64,000 nt of DNA from an uncultured Chloroflexia bacterium (GCA_963825525.1 CAWGTN010000002.1:1632001-1696000); one strand, 5' to 3'. Shown: positions 20,343-30,105, counted from the first letter of the stretch. Program-made: numbers and translations. The notes: generated by a model not told the origin, from the letters alone.

Positions 20343-20562
20343 TCGGTCGTTCAAGCTGCCCGACCTCTCGCAGCCTCATCCCTACGAGCACCAGCGACCG
20401 AAGCGCCCGTCGCATCTCCCGCGCCGGCTGACCCCACCGCCGACCCGCGACGACCCGCCCGACCTCTCGTTGTTCCTGTATGCGGGGATGGTGCTGCTGA
20501 TCATCCTGGCCATCCTGGCCATCCCCTACGTGATCGGCTACCTGTTCGAGGTCGTGTTCTAA
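20335..20562 (+). CDS. Small hypothetical protein with C-terminal TM helix
   Basis: GTG overlapping the upstream gene; Pro-rich N-terminus followed by a hydrophobic helix. Confidence 0.55.
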   Translation: MPDRSFKLPDLSQPHPYEHQRPKRPSHLPRRLTPPPTRDDPPDLSLFLYAGMVLLIILAILAIPYVIGYLFEVVF

Positions 20563-22448
20563 CCCGACCGCGTGCGGGCCAGGGATGACGCGGTCAGCAT
20601 GCTGATCGCAAAGGCAACGGCAACCGTCACCGGCGGCACCAGCCGCCACGGCTCGAGGGCCGAGCACCCCTCGAACGTCGGGATCAGCCACGTCCCGCAG
20701 CCCGCGGACGCGACCGCAAGCAGCGCTCCGCCCACGATGGCGACCAGGGCCACGCTCGGCAGCAACTCGGCCGCCAGCGGGTGGCGCCGGAGCATGCCCG
20801 CAGCAAGCGCCAGGACGAAGGCGGCACCAACGATGGCCAGCGCGACCCCGATCGGGGGTGCATCGCCGGACACCAGGCCGCCGAGTCCGGCGACCGCCAT
20901 CGCGACAGCCGCCGTGAGCAGGACCCCTGCCGTCAGCGGACGAACCCAGGCGCGCTCGACGAGCCGGGCCCGCGGCGGCCGGGCAGGGATCGAACCCGAC
21001 TGCGGAGGATCGATCGCCGGGTCGAGCTCGTGGAGCGTGCGACCGCGATCATCGGCGGATTCGAAGCTCAGGATGGCTCGCGTGCCCGGCCCGGTGAGGC
21101 GCAGCGCCGGACGGATGCCGGTGGTGGTGGCCACGCTGCCGGGCACAGCCCGAAGCCCTGCGCGCAGCGGCTCGAGCATGATGGCGAGGTTGCTCTCCAG
21201 GGCGAGGATGGCGAGGTGGGGCCTGTCGTCGTGCACCTCGGCAACGTCACGGTGCAGGTGCCAGGCCTGTCGGGTGAGCTCCGCGCTGGAGAGCCACCCC
21301 ACGCGTGCACCGGCCGCCGACGGCGCTCGCCCGCCGCGAAGGGACGCGAAGGTGCCGGTCAGCTCGGTGTCGATCAGCTCGCCCACGACCGGCCGGCTCG
21401 ACGGAGTCACCTGCGTTCGGCGCTCCTGTCGGAAGATCGGATAGCCGATGGCAGCGCTCAGGATCAGCAGCCCGGCCAGGCCACCGAGGACGGCCGGCAC
21501 GACGTAGCTCGCCGACGGCAGGATCGGGCCGACCCCGTCGGCGAGGACCGTGGCCGTCGGGTGCCGGAGGCCGGCAAGAGCGGCCCGCATCGGCTCGGCG
21601 GCAAGGACGGTGCGCATCTTGACGGCATCGGTGGTTGTGACGCCGGCGAGCGTGATCGGCAGGGCATCGGGCGCGTGCGGTGACTCGAGCCAGGCGACCG
21701 ACGCCGGACTCGCTGCGTCCGACACGCGATAGCGCCATGCCACGCCGTCGACGCAGGCGGATCCGCCGCTGCACTCGACCTCATCCGCATCGTGAAGCGT
21801 CGCGCGGATCGTCGTCGGCTGATCGTCCCTGACGTCATCCACGCCGGCCTCGGCGTCGGCCTGCGCGGCATCGCCGACCTCGATGAGGAGTGGGAGGCCG
21901 TCGACAGTCCCGGCGGACGTCACCCGGACGGACCGTGTTCGAATGGCCTCTGCGTTGCGGGCCGAGCGAACGACCAGCGCGTCGGCGGTCGAGTCCGGGT
22001 CCCGCAGCACGTAGAACCAGCGGGTGACGCCATCGCCGCGTGTCAGCGGGACGATCGTCTGTCGCCGCCAGCCGGGCTCGACGAGGACCTCTCCGTGGAT
22101 CACCTGGTGGTCGTGCGGCTCATCGAGGACTCGGAGGTAGCGCACGTCGTCGCTCGCGTAGATGCTGTTGTCCAGGTGCGGACCCGACAGGAGTCCGCTG
22201 ACCTCGACCCACGCGTTCCTCTCCTCGGCCACCAGGTCTGCCACCGATGTGCTCAACGGCCTGGGACGTGCGGCGATGGCCTCGTTCGTGGCGATCGCGC
22301 TCGACCAGGCCAGTGCGATCAGCAGGCTCGCAACGAGGACGGCGCCCGGGACCCTGAACGGCAGAAACCCCAGGAGCCGGCCGATGATCCGATCCACCCG
22401 GTGTCCGAGGTACCCGATCATGGCCGCGACACGGAGGAGGACCGTCAT
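20559..22448 (-). CDS. Large hypothetical membrane protein
   Basis: Long ORF: N-terminal TM, extracytoplasmic domain, TM, soluble domain, 4 C-terminal TMs; no family recognised. Confidence 0.7.
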   Translation of the reverse strand: MTVLLRVAAMIGYLGHRVDRIIGRLLGFLPFRVPGAVLVASLLIALAWSSAIATNEAIAARPRPLSTSVADLVAEERNAWVEVSGLLSGPHLDNSIYASDDVRYLRVLDEPHDHQVIHGEVLVEPGWRRQTIVPLTRGDGVTRWFYVLRDPDSTADALVVRSARNAEAIRTRSVRVTSAGTVDGLPLLIEVGDAAQADAEAGVDDVRDDQPTTIRATLHDADEVECSGGSACVDGVAWRYRVSDAASPASVAWLESPHAPDALPITLAGVTTTDAVKMRTVLAAEPMRAALAGLRHPTATVLADGVGPILPSASYVVPAVLGGLAGLLILSAAIGYPIFRQERRTQVTPSSRPVVGELIDTELTGTFASLRGGRAPSAAGARVGWLSSAELTRQAWHLHRDVAEVHDDRPHLAILALESNLAIMLEPLRAGLRAVPGSVATTTGIRPALRLTGPGTRAILSFESADDRGRTLHELDPAIDPPQSGSIPARPPRARLVERAWVRPLTAGVLLTAAVAMAVAGLGGLVSGDAPPIGVALAIVGAAFVLALAAGMLRRHPLAAELLPSVALVAIVGGALLAVASAGCGTWLIPTFEGCSALEPWRLVPPVTVAVAFAISMLTASSLARTRSG

Positions 22449-22519
22449 GCGTGGACGTCGGGCGTGCGCACGCAACTGATACCCCGCAGAGACCCGGAAC
22501 GTTCAGTCGGATCCGGGAC

Positions 22520-23326
22520 TCAGGCCTGCGCGGTCCACACCAGGACGCGGTCTCCGTCGATCCTCACCCGCGGTCGAACGAGATCCGGCAGCTCGATCGG
22601 GTAGGCGCTGGCGTCGCCTCGGTACGGCGCATCCCGCCAGGTGCCTCGTCCGTTGGCCAGCCGTCCAGCGAGGTCGAAGCTGGCGCCGTGGCACGGACAG
22701 CGCAGATCGTGCCACTCGGGGCGGTACTGCAGGGTGCAGCCCATGTGGCTGCATACCGACGACAGGGCGCGGATGTCACCTTCGTCGTTCACGACGAAGC
22801 CATCAAAGGCGGCCGTCGAGAATCGCAGCGCGTTCCCCGGGGACAGCTCGGAGACGAGCGCGACCTCCTGCCAGAACCCGTCGCCGGCGACCAGGTCGTC
22901 ATCGCCACCGAGTGTGGGACGGCGGGTGGATCGAGGCGCCAGGGCCGATCCGATGGTGCCCGCGGCCAGCCCGGCGGCGACGCCGATGCCGGCCCGCAGC
23001 AGGTTCCGACGCGAGATGCGCCACGGGGCCCACCCGGCCGGCTCCGGTGGCAGCCGGGCCGACGACGCGCGGATGGGTGGAGGAACCTGGACCGCGGTCG
23101 CCCCTTCGTCGGCGGCGCGCATCCGCAGACGCAGCTGCTCGACGAACGCGGCGTTCGGCTCGATAAGGTCGGCCGGCCCGGAGGCGGCCGCCATCTCGGC
23201 CGCCAGCCTCGCCATCTCCGCCTCGGCGGCATCGGCCACGTGCCGTGGGGACGGACGCGCGTCCTGCAGCAGCGCATCCAGGTACTCCGCGAAGTCATCG
23301 CCGCGTGGGTCCCGCTCATCAGCCAT
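22520..23326 (-). CDS. Putative anti-sigma factor fused to a Tat/TM anchor and Rieske [2Fe-2S] domain
   Basis: Start overlaps the ECF stop; helical N-terminus (EYLDALL...PNAAFVEQLRLRM); internal SRRNLL + TM; CSHMGC and CPCHGASF. Confidence 0.8.
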   Translation of the reverse strand: MADERDPRGDDFAEYLDALLQDARPSPRHVADAAEAEMARLAAEMAAASGPADLIEPNAAFVEQLRLRMRAADEGATAVQVPPPIRASSARLPPEPAGWAPWRISRRNLLRAGIGVAAGLAAGTIGSALAPRSTRRPTLGGDDDLVAGDGFWQEVALVSELSPGNALRFSTAAFDGFVVNDEGDIRALSSVCSHMGCTLQYRPEWHDLRCPCHGASFDLAGRLANGRGTWRDAPYRGDASAYPIELPDLVRPRVRIDGDRVLVWTAQA

Positions 23327-23831
23327 CGGACGCACCCCCGACGGCGGCCGCTCGGCGGAGGGCCCGGTATTGGAGAACCTTGGCGTTGCCGTTCGTGATG
23401 CCCATGGCCGCAGCCGTCTCGGCGACCGAGAGGCGCTCCAGGAACCGCAGCTCGAGCACTCGACGATATCGGACGGGAAGGCGACTGAGGGTCTCGCGCA
23501 CCCGTGCGTTCGCATGATCGTTGGGCACCACCGGGATCGGCGAGTCCTCGACCGGCTCCCATCCGACCGCGACGTGGTCGATGCCCACGATCGGCAGCCG
23601 ATAGAAGGCGCGCCAGTGATCGGCGATCGCGTTCTGGGCGACCCGGTACAGCCATGCGGCGATCTGGCGCGGGTCGCGCGACGTGTCGAGCTGCTCCACC
23701 GCCCGAATGAACACCTGCGCCGTCAGATCCTCCGCGTCCGGACGGTTGCCGACACGCGCGTAGACGAAGCGGTAGATCCCCACCACGTGCTTGGCGTAGA
23801 CCTGTTCGAAGGGACCCGGCGCGGCTGACAT
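23319..23831 (-). CDS. ECF sigma-70 factor
   Basis: DAEDLTAQVF, AWLYRVAQN (sigma2); LSRLPVRYRRVLELRF...ETAAAMG...KVLQYRA (sigma4). Confidence 0.93.
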   Translation of the reverse strand: MSAAPGPFEQVYAKHVVGIYRFVYARVGNRPDAEDLTAQVFIRAVEQLDTSRDPRQIAAWLYRVAQNAIADHWRAFYRLPIVGIDHVAVGWEPVEDSPIPVVPNDHANARVRETLSRLPVRYRRVLELRFLERLSVAETAAAMGITNGNAKVLQYRALRRAAAVGGASDG

Positions 23832-23855
23832 CTCACCGATGCCGTACGCCGTGGG

Positions 23856-24344
23856 TTACGCCCGCGGACGCAGGGGAGCGAGCAGCGCAGCCACCTCTTC
23901 GAGGAATCGGGCGTCGTTCTCGTCGAATGCATTCCGATCGGAGGCATCGATGTCGATCTCGCCGATCACCTGCTCGCCCTCGAAGATCGGCACCACGATC
24001 TCGCTGCGGGTGCTGGCGAAGCAGGACAGGTAGCGGGGATCGGCGTCGACGTCCGGGACGATCTCGGTCATGCCGGATGCGGCAGCGGCCCCGCAGACTC
24101 CGGTCCCGATCGGGATCCGCACGTGCTCGGTGGCTTCCGGACCGGTCCACGGGCCAAGCACGAGATCCGTGCCGTCGACCCAGTAGATGCCCACCCAGTC
24201 GTAGGCCGGAAAGCGATCGTGGAGAACGTCCACGACGCGCTGCGTCGCGGCTTCCGGGCCGGCGGCCTCGGCGATCGCGGATCGCACGAGATTCACCGCG
24301 TCCCCGTGAGCGGCGAGCCGCTCTTCGGCGACCGGGTGGCTCAC
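23856..24344 (-). CDS. GAF-domain free methionine-(R)-sulfoxide reductase-like (two-Cys type)
   Basis: WVGIY, LVLGP, GVCG, YLSC, SEIVVP, EIDID; GTG couples to the hxlR stop. Confidence 0.82.
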   Translation of the reverse strand: MSHPVAEERLAAHGDAVNLVRSAIAEAAGPEAATQRVVDVLHDRFPAYDWVGIYWVDGTDLVLGPWTGPEATEHVRIPIGTGVCGAAAASGMTEIVPDVDADPRYLSCFASTRSEIVVPIFEGEQVIGEIDIDASDRNAFDENDARFLEEVAALLAPLRPRA

Positions 24345-24718
24345 CCGTGTGCCGCCCAGCGTTCCGCCCACTGATCGATGGATCTGATGGCGCCTCGGAG
24401 CTCGATACCCTTGGACGTCAGCGAGTATTCGACCCATGGCGGAATCTCACGCACGGCTCGGCGCTGGACCATGCCCTCGTCCTCCAGCAGCTTGAGACGC
24501 TGCGACAGGGTCGCCGAGTTCGCACCGCCGAGCGCGTCCTGCAGCTCGCAGAAGCGCTGCGTCCGGTCTCCCAGGGAGCGGATGATGCGCAGGACCCATT
24601 TCTGGCCGATGACGTTGAGGGCCGCCGTCGCCGCGCACTCGGCCCGCAGGGCATCGGCACGGCGAAGCGCACGCGAGCGCGGCGTGGCGGGGGGCGATGC
24701 AGGGAGTGCGGCGTCCAT
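24341..24718 (-). CDS. HxlR family winged-helix regulator
   Basis: ECAATAALNVIGQKW, LSQRLKLLE, PPWVEYSLT. Confidence 0.9.
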   Translation of the reverse strand: MDAALPASPPATPRSRALRRADALRAECAATAALNVIGQKWVLRIIRSLGDRTQRFCELQDALGGANSATLSQRLKLLEDEGMVQRRAVREIPPWVEYSLTSKGIELRGAIRSIDQWAERWAAHG

Positions 24719-24768
24719 CAGGACGCGAACCCTAGCACCGCCCCCCGTGGACGATCAACCGAGCGAGA

Positions 24769-25200
24769 TCACTCGACGATCACCGTCATGTTCATCGACG
24801 GGTGGAAGAGGCAGGTGATCGCGTACGTCCCGGGCTCGTCGAAGGTGAATCGGGCCGTGGCGTTCCGCTCGAGCTCCTCGTTGATGATCGGGCCCGCGGT
24901 GGCCGTCCCATCCGACCCCTCAGTCACGGTGTGGGTCGCGCCGTCGGCATTGACGAAGCGCACCGTCGTGCCGGCCGGGATGGTCAGCTCTTCGGTGTCG
25001 AATGCGAAGTCCTCGAGCCGGACCGTGACCGGTTCGGCCGATGGATCGGACGCGGCCGCACTGGCCGATGGCTCGGCCACCGCCGAGGATGGTGCGGCGG
25101 AGGCGGTCGGGCTCGGCTGGCTGGCGGGCGCGGCGCCGCACGCGACGAGCACCAGCGCGAGTGTTCCGACGAGTCCGGCGAGCGGCCTGGATCGGGTCAT
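24769..25200 (-). CDS. Cupredoxin (plastocyanin/amicyanin-like) lipoprotein
   Basis: Lipobox LVAC; type 1 Cu ligands HTVT...CLFHPSM; SD AGGAG. Confidence 0.9.
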   Translation of the reverse strand: MTRSRPLAGLVGTLALVLVACGAAPASQPSPTASAAPSSAVAEPSASAAASDPSAEPVTVRLEDFAFDTEELTIPAGTTVRFVNADGATHTVTEGSDGTATAGPIINEELERNATARFTFDEPGTYAITCLFHPSMNMTVIVE

Positions 25201-25270
25201 GGGGCGGTGGCTCCTGTCGTGCGAGGTTGACGTCGACGATCCGTACGGAGCACGTTACGCCACGCCACAT

Positions 25271-25299
25271 TTGACGCCCATCGATGCGGACCGCATAGT
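25271..25299 (+). promoter_or_regulatory. Housekeeping-type promoter of the ccm operon
   Basis: TTGACG-N17-CATAGT. Confidence 0.5.
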
Positions 25300-25334
25300 G
25301 CGGTGGCCCACCCCTTTCGCCCCGCGCGTCGAGC

Positions 25335-26105
25335 ATGCCGCAGACCACGATTTACGTGTCGCCCCGCTCCCTCGGGGCACCCGACAGCCGTCCGCCGGCG
25401 GTCGCCACCACGGACCTCGCCCGCCTCTTTGCGGGCAGTCCCGCGCTGGCTGGCGTCTCGCTGCGCGTCGAGGGGGGTCGGACGATTGCCCTGCTCGGCC
25501 CGAACGGCGCGGGAAAGACGACGCTCCTGCGATTGCTCGCCACCGTTCTGCGCCCGTCGTACGGCAGGGTCGAGGTCGACGGACTCGACGTCGACCGGGA
25601 TCCGGCGGCCGTGCGCGAACGGATCGCCTACCTGTCACACGCCACCGGGCTCTATGACGGGCTCTCCGCGCGCGAGAACCTCCAGTTCGCGGCGACCATG
25701 CTCGGGACGCCCGATGCCGCCGCGCGAGTCGAGCGGTCGCTGGCCGACGTGGGTCTCGCGACCCGGGCCGCGAGCCGTGTGGGGGAGTTCTCCGCCGGGA
25801 TGCGGAAGCGCCTGGCGCTCGGTCGCATCCTGCTGGGATCCCCCTCGCTCGTGCTGCTGGATGAGCCCTACGCCGCCCTGGATGCCGATGGCATGGGACT
25901 CGTCGATCAGCTTCTGGCCGCCTGGCGCGAGGTCGGCGTGACGATCCTGGTCGCCTCGCACGATATCGGGCGCCTGGAGCCGTTCCTCGACGGACGGGTC
26001 ATGCTCGATCGCGGGCTGGTGTCGAGCGTGGACGGGCAGGGCGTCGAGCATCGATCGCCGGCTCCGCCGCCTCGCCGACCTGCCACGGCCGAGGTGACGC
26101 GATGA
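25335..26105 (+). CDS. ccmA: Heme exporter ATP-binding protein
   Basis: GPNGAGKTT, FSAGM, LLDEPY; first gene of the ccm operon. Confidence 0.92.
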   Translation: MPQTTIYVSPRSLGAPDSRPPAVATTDLARLFAGSPALAGVSLRVEGGRTIALLGPNGAGKTTLLRLLATVLRPSYGRVEVDGLDVDRDPAAVRERIAYLSHATGLYDGLSARENLQFAATMLGTPDAAARVERSLADVGLATRAASRVGEFSAGMRKRLALGRILLGSPSLVLLDEPYAALDADGMGLVDQLLAAWREVGVTILVASHDIGRLEPFLDGRVMLDRGLVSSVDGQGVEHRSPAPPPRRPATAEVTR

Positions 26106-26791
26106 GCGCCTTGCGGGCGGGCACGCGCATCGCCCTTGCCATCGCTCGGAAGGATGCGCTCGCGGAGCTCCGCGGCCGTCACGCGACCGTGAGCACGCTG
26201 TTCTTTGCGGCGGTCGTGCTGCTTCTCTTCGGGTTCGCGCTCGGACCGGACGCGGCCAGGCTGGAGGAGGCAGCTCCCGGCCTGCTGTGGCTGGCGGTCG
26301 TGTTTTCGGGCGTGCTCGCCGTGAATCGGCTCCACCTGCTGGAGATCGAGGACGGCGCGCTGGAGCAGCTGGCCCTGTACCCGGTTCCGCGACCCGCGAT
26401 CTACGCCGGCAAGGCGCTCGGTGGATTCGCCGTCATGCTCCTGATCGCGGTGGTCGTGCTGGGTGCGGTCGCTGTCCTGTTCGCGGTGGACGTGGTCTCG
26501 GCCCTGCCGGCCCTGCTGGTCACGGCCGTCCTGGGGGCCGCCGGGGTGTCCGCGGTCGGAACGTTCTACGCTGGGCTCACCGTTCGGCTGCGCGCACGGG
26601 AGGTGATGCTGCCCCTGCTCATGCTGCCCATCCTCGCCCCGCTGCTGCTTGGGTCGGTGAAGGCGACCGCCGCGGCCGTTGCCGGCGACCCGTTCGGCGA
26701 GCTCGGGGCGTGGCTCCAGCTGCTCGTGGCATTCGACGTCATCATGGTCACCGCCGGTGCGGCGACGTATGGGTACCTGCTGGAGGATTGA
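26102..26791 (+). CDS. ccmB: Heme exporter protein B
   Basis: RKDALAELR, PGLLW, EDGALEQL, LPLLMLP. Confidence 0.92.
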   Translation: MSALRAGTRIALAIARKDALAELRGRHATVSTLFFAAVVLLLFGFALGPDAARLEEAAPGLLWLAVVFSGVLAVNRLHLLEIEDGALEQLALYPVPRPAIYAGKALGGFAVMLLIAVVVLGAVAVLFAVDVVSALPALLVTAVLGAAGVSAVGTFYAGLTVRLRAREVMLPLLMLPILAPLLLGSVKATAAAVAGDPFGELGAWLQLLVAFDVIMVTAGAATYGYLLED

Positions 26792-27504
26792 TGAAGACAC
26801 GGTTGCTCGGCCTCGTGGCGCTGGTCGCCGTTGCCGCGGCCACGGCCGTCGCCCTGTTCGTGGTTCCGCCGGACCTCAACCAGGGCGATGCGCAGCGGAT
26901 CATGTACCCCCACGTGGCATCCGCCTGGCTGGCGTACCTGTCGTTCGGCGTCACGGCGCTCGCCGGCATCGGCTGGCTCTGGAAGCGTGACCTGCGGCTC
27001 GACGCCATTGCGCACAGCGCGGCGGAGATCGGCGTGATGTTCACGGCCTTCGCGATCTGGGGCGGGATGATGTGGGGCCGGCCGATCTGGGGCGTGTTCT
27101 GGCAGTGGGAGGACCCCCGGCTGACCACCACGGCACTACTGCTTGCCCTCTACGTGGGCTACCTCCTCCTGCGGCGCCTGACCGATGACCCGGAGCGGCG
27201 CGCGACCCGCGCGGCGATCGTGGGCGTCATCGCCGCGGTGGACATACCGATCGTCCACTTCAGCGTGGAGTGGTGGCGCGGCCTTCACCAGACCGCGACG
27301 ATCGGCTCACCCGACCGCGTGCTCAACCCGGCGGCGCCGATGGCCTTCGTCGGCACGCTGCTGGGCATGCTCGGGGCGTTCAGCCTGGTCTGGATCTACC
27401 TCATGATCAGGCGCTATCAGCTGGCACGCGCCGAGGCGACGCGCGAGGAGTCGCGCCGGCTCGACCGGCTCGCGAGTGTCCAGCAACCGGAGGTTGCCCG
27501 ATGA
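26791..27504 (+). CDS. ccmC: Heme exporter protein C
   Basis: YPHVASAW, WGRPIWGVFWQWEDPRLT (WWD domain), SVEWWRGLHQ. Confidence 0.93.
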   Translation: MKTRLLGLVALVAVAAATAVALFVVPPDLNQGDAQRIMYPHVASAWLAYLSFGVTALAGIGWLWKRDLRLDAIAHSAAEIGVMFTAFAIWGGMMWGRPIWGVFWQWEDPRLTTTALLLALYVGYLLLRRLTDDPERRATRAAIVGVIAAVDIPIVHFSVEWWRGLHQTATIGSPDRVLNPAAPMAFVGTLLGMLGAFSLVWIYLMIRRYQLARAEATREESRRLDRLASVQQPEVAR

Positions 27505-27623
27505 GTGACGTCGGATTTGTGGTGGCGGGCTATGTCGTCATCGTCGGAGGCCTCGGCTTCTACACCGTGGCACTGTGGCGCCGCATCCGCGCGGCGAACG
27601 CACGGGACGACGAGGCCCGATGA
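27501..27623 (+). CDS. ccmD: CcmD-like small membrane protein
   Basis: MSDVGFVVAGYVVIVGGLGFYTVALWRRIR; lies between ccmC and ccmE with overlapping starts/stops. Confidence 0.75.
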   Translation: MSDVGFVVAGYVVIVGGLGFYTVALWRRIRAANARDDEAR

Positions 27624-28096
27624 CGGTCTCGCACCCTCCCGAACCCACCCTGCCTCCGCGCCGCAGGCCGTGGGGGATCGTGATCCTGGTTCTCGTGGTC
27701 ATCGTGGTCGTTGGCTTCCTGGCCTTCAGCAGCATCGGGAACGCGCTCGTCTACTACCTGACCCCGACCGAGCTGCTTGACCGAGGCGACGCGGCGATCG
27801 GTCAGACGGTGCGCGTCGGCGGACTGGTGGAGAGCGGCTCGATCGAGCGCGAGCAGCCCGGCGAGGACTATCTGCTCACGTTCATCCTGGCCGACGATGC
27901 GTCGGAGATCCGCGTCATGACCTCGCACGCGCCCACGACGTCGTTCCGCGAAGGGACCGGTGCGGTCGTCGAGGGCAGGCTCGGTTCTGACGGTGTGTTC
28001 GACGCGGACCAGGTCATCGTCAAGCACGACGAGAACTATCAGGTACCGGGGTCCGGCGCCGCACCGAGCGACAACTCCTACATCCCGGGCGAATGA
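27620..28096 (+). CDS. ccmE: Heme chaperone
   Basis: YYLTPTE, RVGGLV, FREG, KHDENY (HxxxY). Confidence 0.93.
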   Translation: MTVSHPPEPTLPPRRRPWGIVILVLVVIVVVGFLAFSSIGNALVYYLTPTELLDRGDAAIGQTVRVGGLVESGSIEREQPGEDYLLTFILADDASEIRVMTSHAPTTSFREGTGAVVEGRLGSDGVFDADQVIVKHDENYQVPGSGAAPSDNSYIPGE

Positions 28097-30105
28097 TCCC
28101 GAGCATCGGCCACGCGGCAATCCTGGTGGGCCTGGGCCTGACCGCATACGCGATCGTGGCCTTCGTGCTCGCCGCCAGGGGCGGGGATCCACGCCTGGAG
28201 GCCAGCGCGCGTCGGGCGGTCATCGGGACGTTCGTGGCTGCCGCCGTCGGCTGCATGGCAATGATCGCCTCGCTCCTGGGCCACGACTTCAGCGTCCTCT
28301 ACGTGGCCAGGAACAACGCCACCACGACGCCGCCGTTCATCAGCGTGATCAGCCTGTGGGCCGCCCTCGAGGGTTCGATCCTGTTCTGGACACTGCTGGC
28401 GACAGGGTGGGCCTCGCTGGTGCTGGTTCGCCACCGGAATCGCCATCGGGCGCTGATGCCGTGGGTCGGCGCGGTGCTCGCGACTGTCAACCTGTTCTTC
28501 TTCGCCGTCATGACCTGGCCGGGGAATCCGTTCACCCTGACCTCACCGGTGGGCGTGGAGGGTTCGGGCCCGAACGCGCTGCTCCAGAACCATCCGTTCA
28601 TGGCGCTCCATCCGCCACTCCTGTACCTGGGCTACACGGGGCTGGCCGTGCCGTTTGCCTTCGGAATCGCGGCCCTCATCACGAAGCGCCTCGACGAGGA
28701 ATGGCTCCGCATCGTGCGCCGCTGGACGCTGATCCCGTGGATCTTTCTGACCCTCGGGATCGTGGCCGGTGCGTGGTGGAGCTACGAGGTCCTGGGCTGG
28801 GGTGGCTACTGGGCCTGGGATCCGGTCGAGAATGCGGCGCTCCTGCCCTGGCTGACCGCCACCGGATTCGTCCACTCCGCCATGGTCGCGGAGCGCCGGG
28901 GCGGCCTGAAGATCTGGACCGGCGCCCTCGTCATCGCGACGTTCACGTTGACGCTGGTGGGAACGTTCCTGACCCGTTCCGGAGTCGTGGCCAGCGTTCA
29001 TTCGTTCACCCAGTCGGCGATCGGCCCATGGTTCCTGGCGGCCATCGTGATCACGCTGGCCGCATCGCTCTCGGTGCTCGTCTGGCGTCTGCCCGATCTC
29101 GCCGGCGGCGGTCGCCCATCGGGCACCGTGAGCCGAGAGTCGGCGTTCCTGTTCAACAACGTCCTCTTCCTGGCCCTCACCTTCGCGGTCCTGTTCGGCA
29201 CGCTGCTGCCGCTCCTGGTGGCGAGCACGAGCGGAGCGACGATCAGCGTCGGAGCGCCGTGGTTCAACACCGTCACGGTGCCGATCTTCGTGGCGCTCCT
29301 CTTCCTGATGGGGGTCGGCCCCGCCCTGCCGTGGGGCACGGCGTCGTGGACGTCCGTCCGGGCCCGGTTCAGCCTGCCGCTCGCCGCGGCGGTGATCATC
29401 GGCCTCGGCGCACTGGCGCTCGGGCTTCGGGATCCGATGGCCATCGGAACCCTCGGGTTGGCCACGTTCGTGGGCGGGATCATGGTCGACGAGGTCGCGC
29501 GCGGCGCGCGAGCCCGGGCTCGAACGCGCGGAGAGGATCCCGCAACGGCAACGTGGCGCCTGGCGACGCGCAATCGCCGACGATACGGTGGCTACAGCGT
29601 CCATATCGGCGTGCTGGTGATGGCCGTGGCGGTCGCCATCTCATCGGGCCTGGCCACCGACCGGACCGTGACGCTGGCGCCGGGCGAGTCGGCGGAGATC
29701 GCCGGGTTCACCGTGCGGCACGATCGGCTGGTGGTCGAACCATTGGCGAGCGATGCCCGCGTGACCGAGACGCGAGCCGAGGTCACTTACTCCGGACCAC
29801 AGAGCGGGACTCTGGCGACGGCCCTGCGCGATTACCCCAACTCGCAGGCCGCCATCGCCACTCCCGCGGTCCGCACCTCGCTTGGGGAGGATCTCTACGT
29901 CACCCTGCTGGCGTCCGATGCCGGCAGTGGCTCGGTGACCCTGCACCTGTTCGTCAATCCGCTCGTGGTCTGGATCTGGATCGGCGGTGCGATCGTGGGC
30001 ATCGGCGCCGCATTCGCGATCTGGCCCGATGGCCGGACGCGAGCCGTGACGGTGTCCGATCAGCGGCCGGCGACCGTCGCGAGCGTGGAGGGAGCGGATG
30101 CGTAA
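28093..30105 (+). CDS. ccmF: Heme lyase CcmF
   Basis: HPPLLYLGY, WSYEVLGWGGYWAWDPVEN, RSGVVASVHSF. Confidence 0.95.
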   Translation: MIPSIGHAAILVGLGLTAYAIVAFVLAARGGDPRLEASARRAVIGTFVAAAVGCMAMIASLLGHDFSVLYVARNNATTTPPFISVISLWAALEGSILFWTLLATGWASLVLVRHRNRHRALMPWVGAVLATVNLFFFAVMTWPGNPFTLTSPVGVEGSGPNALLQNHPFMALHPPLLYLGYTGLAVPFAFGIAALITKRLDEEWLRIVRRWTLIPWIFLTLGIVAGAWWSYEVLGWGGYWAWDPVENAALLPWLTATGFVHSAMVAERRGGLKIWTGALVIATFTLTLVGTFLTRSGVVASVHSFTQSAIGPWFLAAIVITLAASLSVLVWRLPDLAGGGRPSGTVSRESAFLFNNVLFLALTFAVLFGTLLPLLVASTSGATISVGAPWFNTVTVPIFVALLFLMGVGPALPWGTASWTSVRARFSLPLAAAVIIGLGALALGLRDPMAIGTLGLATFVGGIMVDEVARGARARARTRGEDPATATWRLATRNRRRYGGYSVHIGVLVMAVAVAISSGLATDRTVTLAPGESAEIAGFTVRHDRLVVEPLASDARVTETRAEVTYSGPQSGTLATALRDYPNSQAAIATPAVRTSLGEDLYVTLLASDAGSGSVTLHLFVNPLVVWIWIGGAIVGIGAAFAIWPDGRTRAVTVSDQRPATVASVEGADA

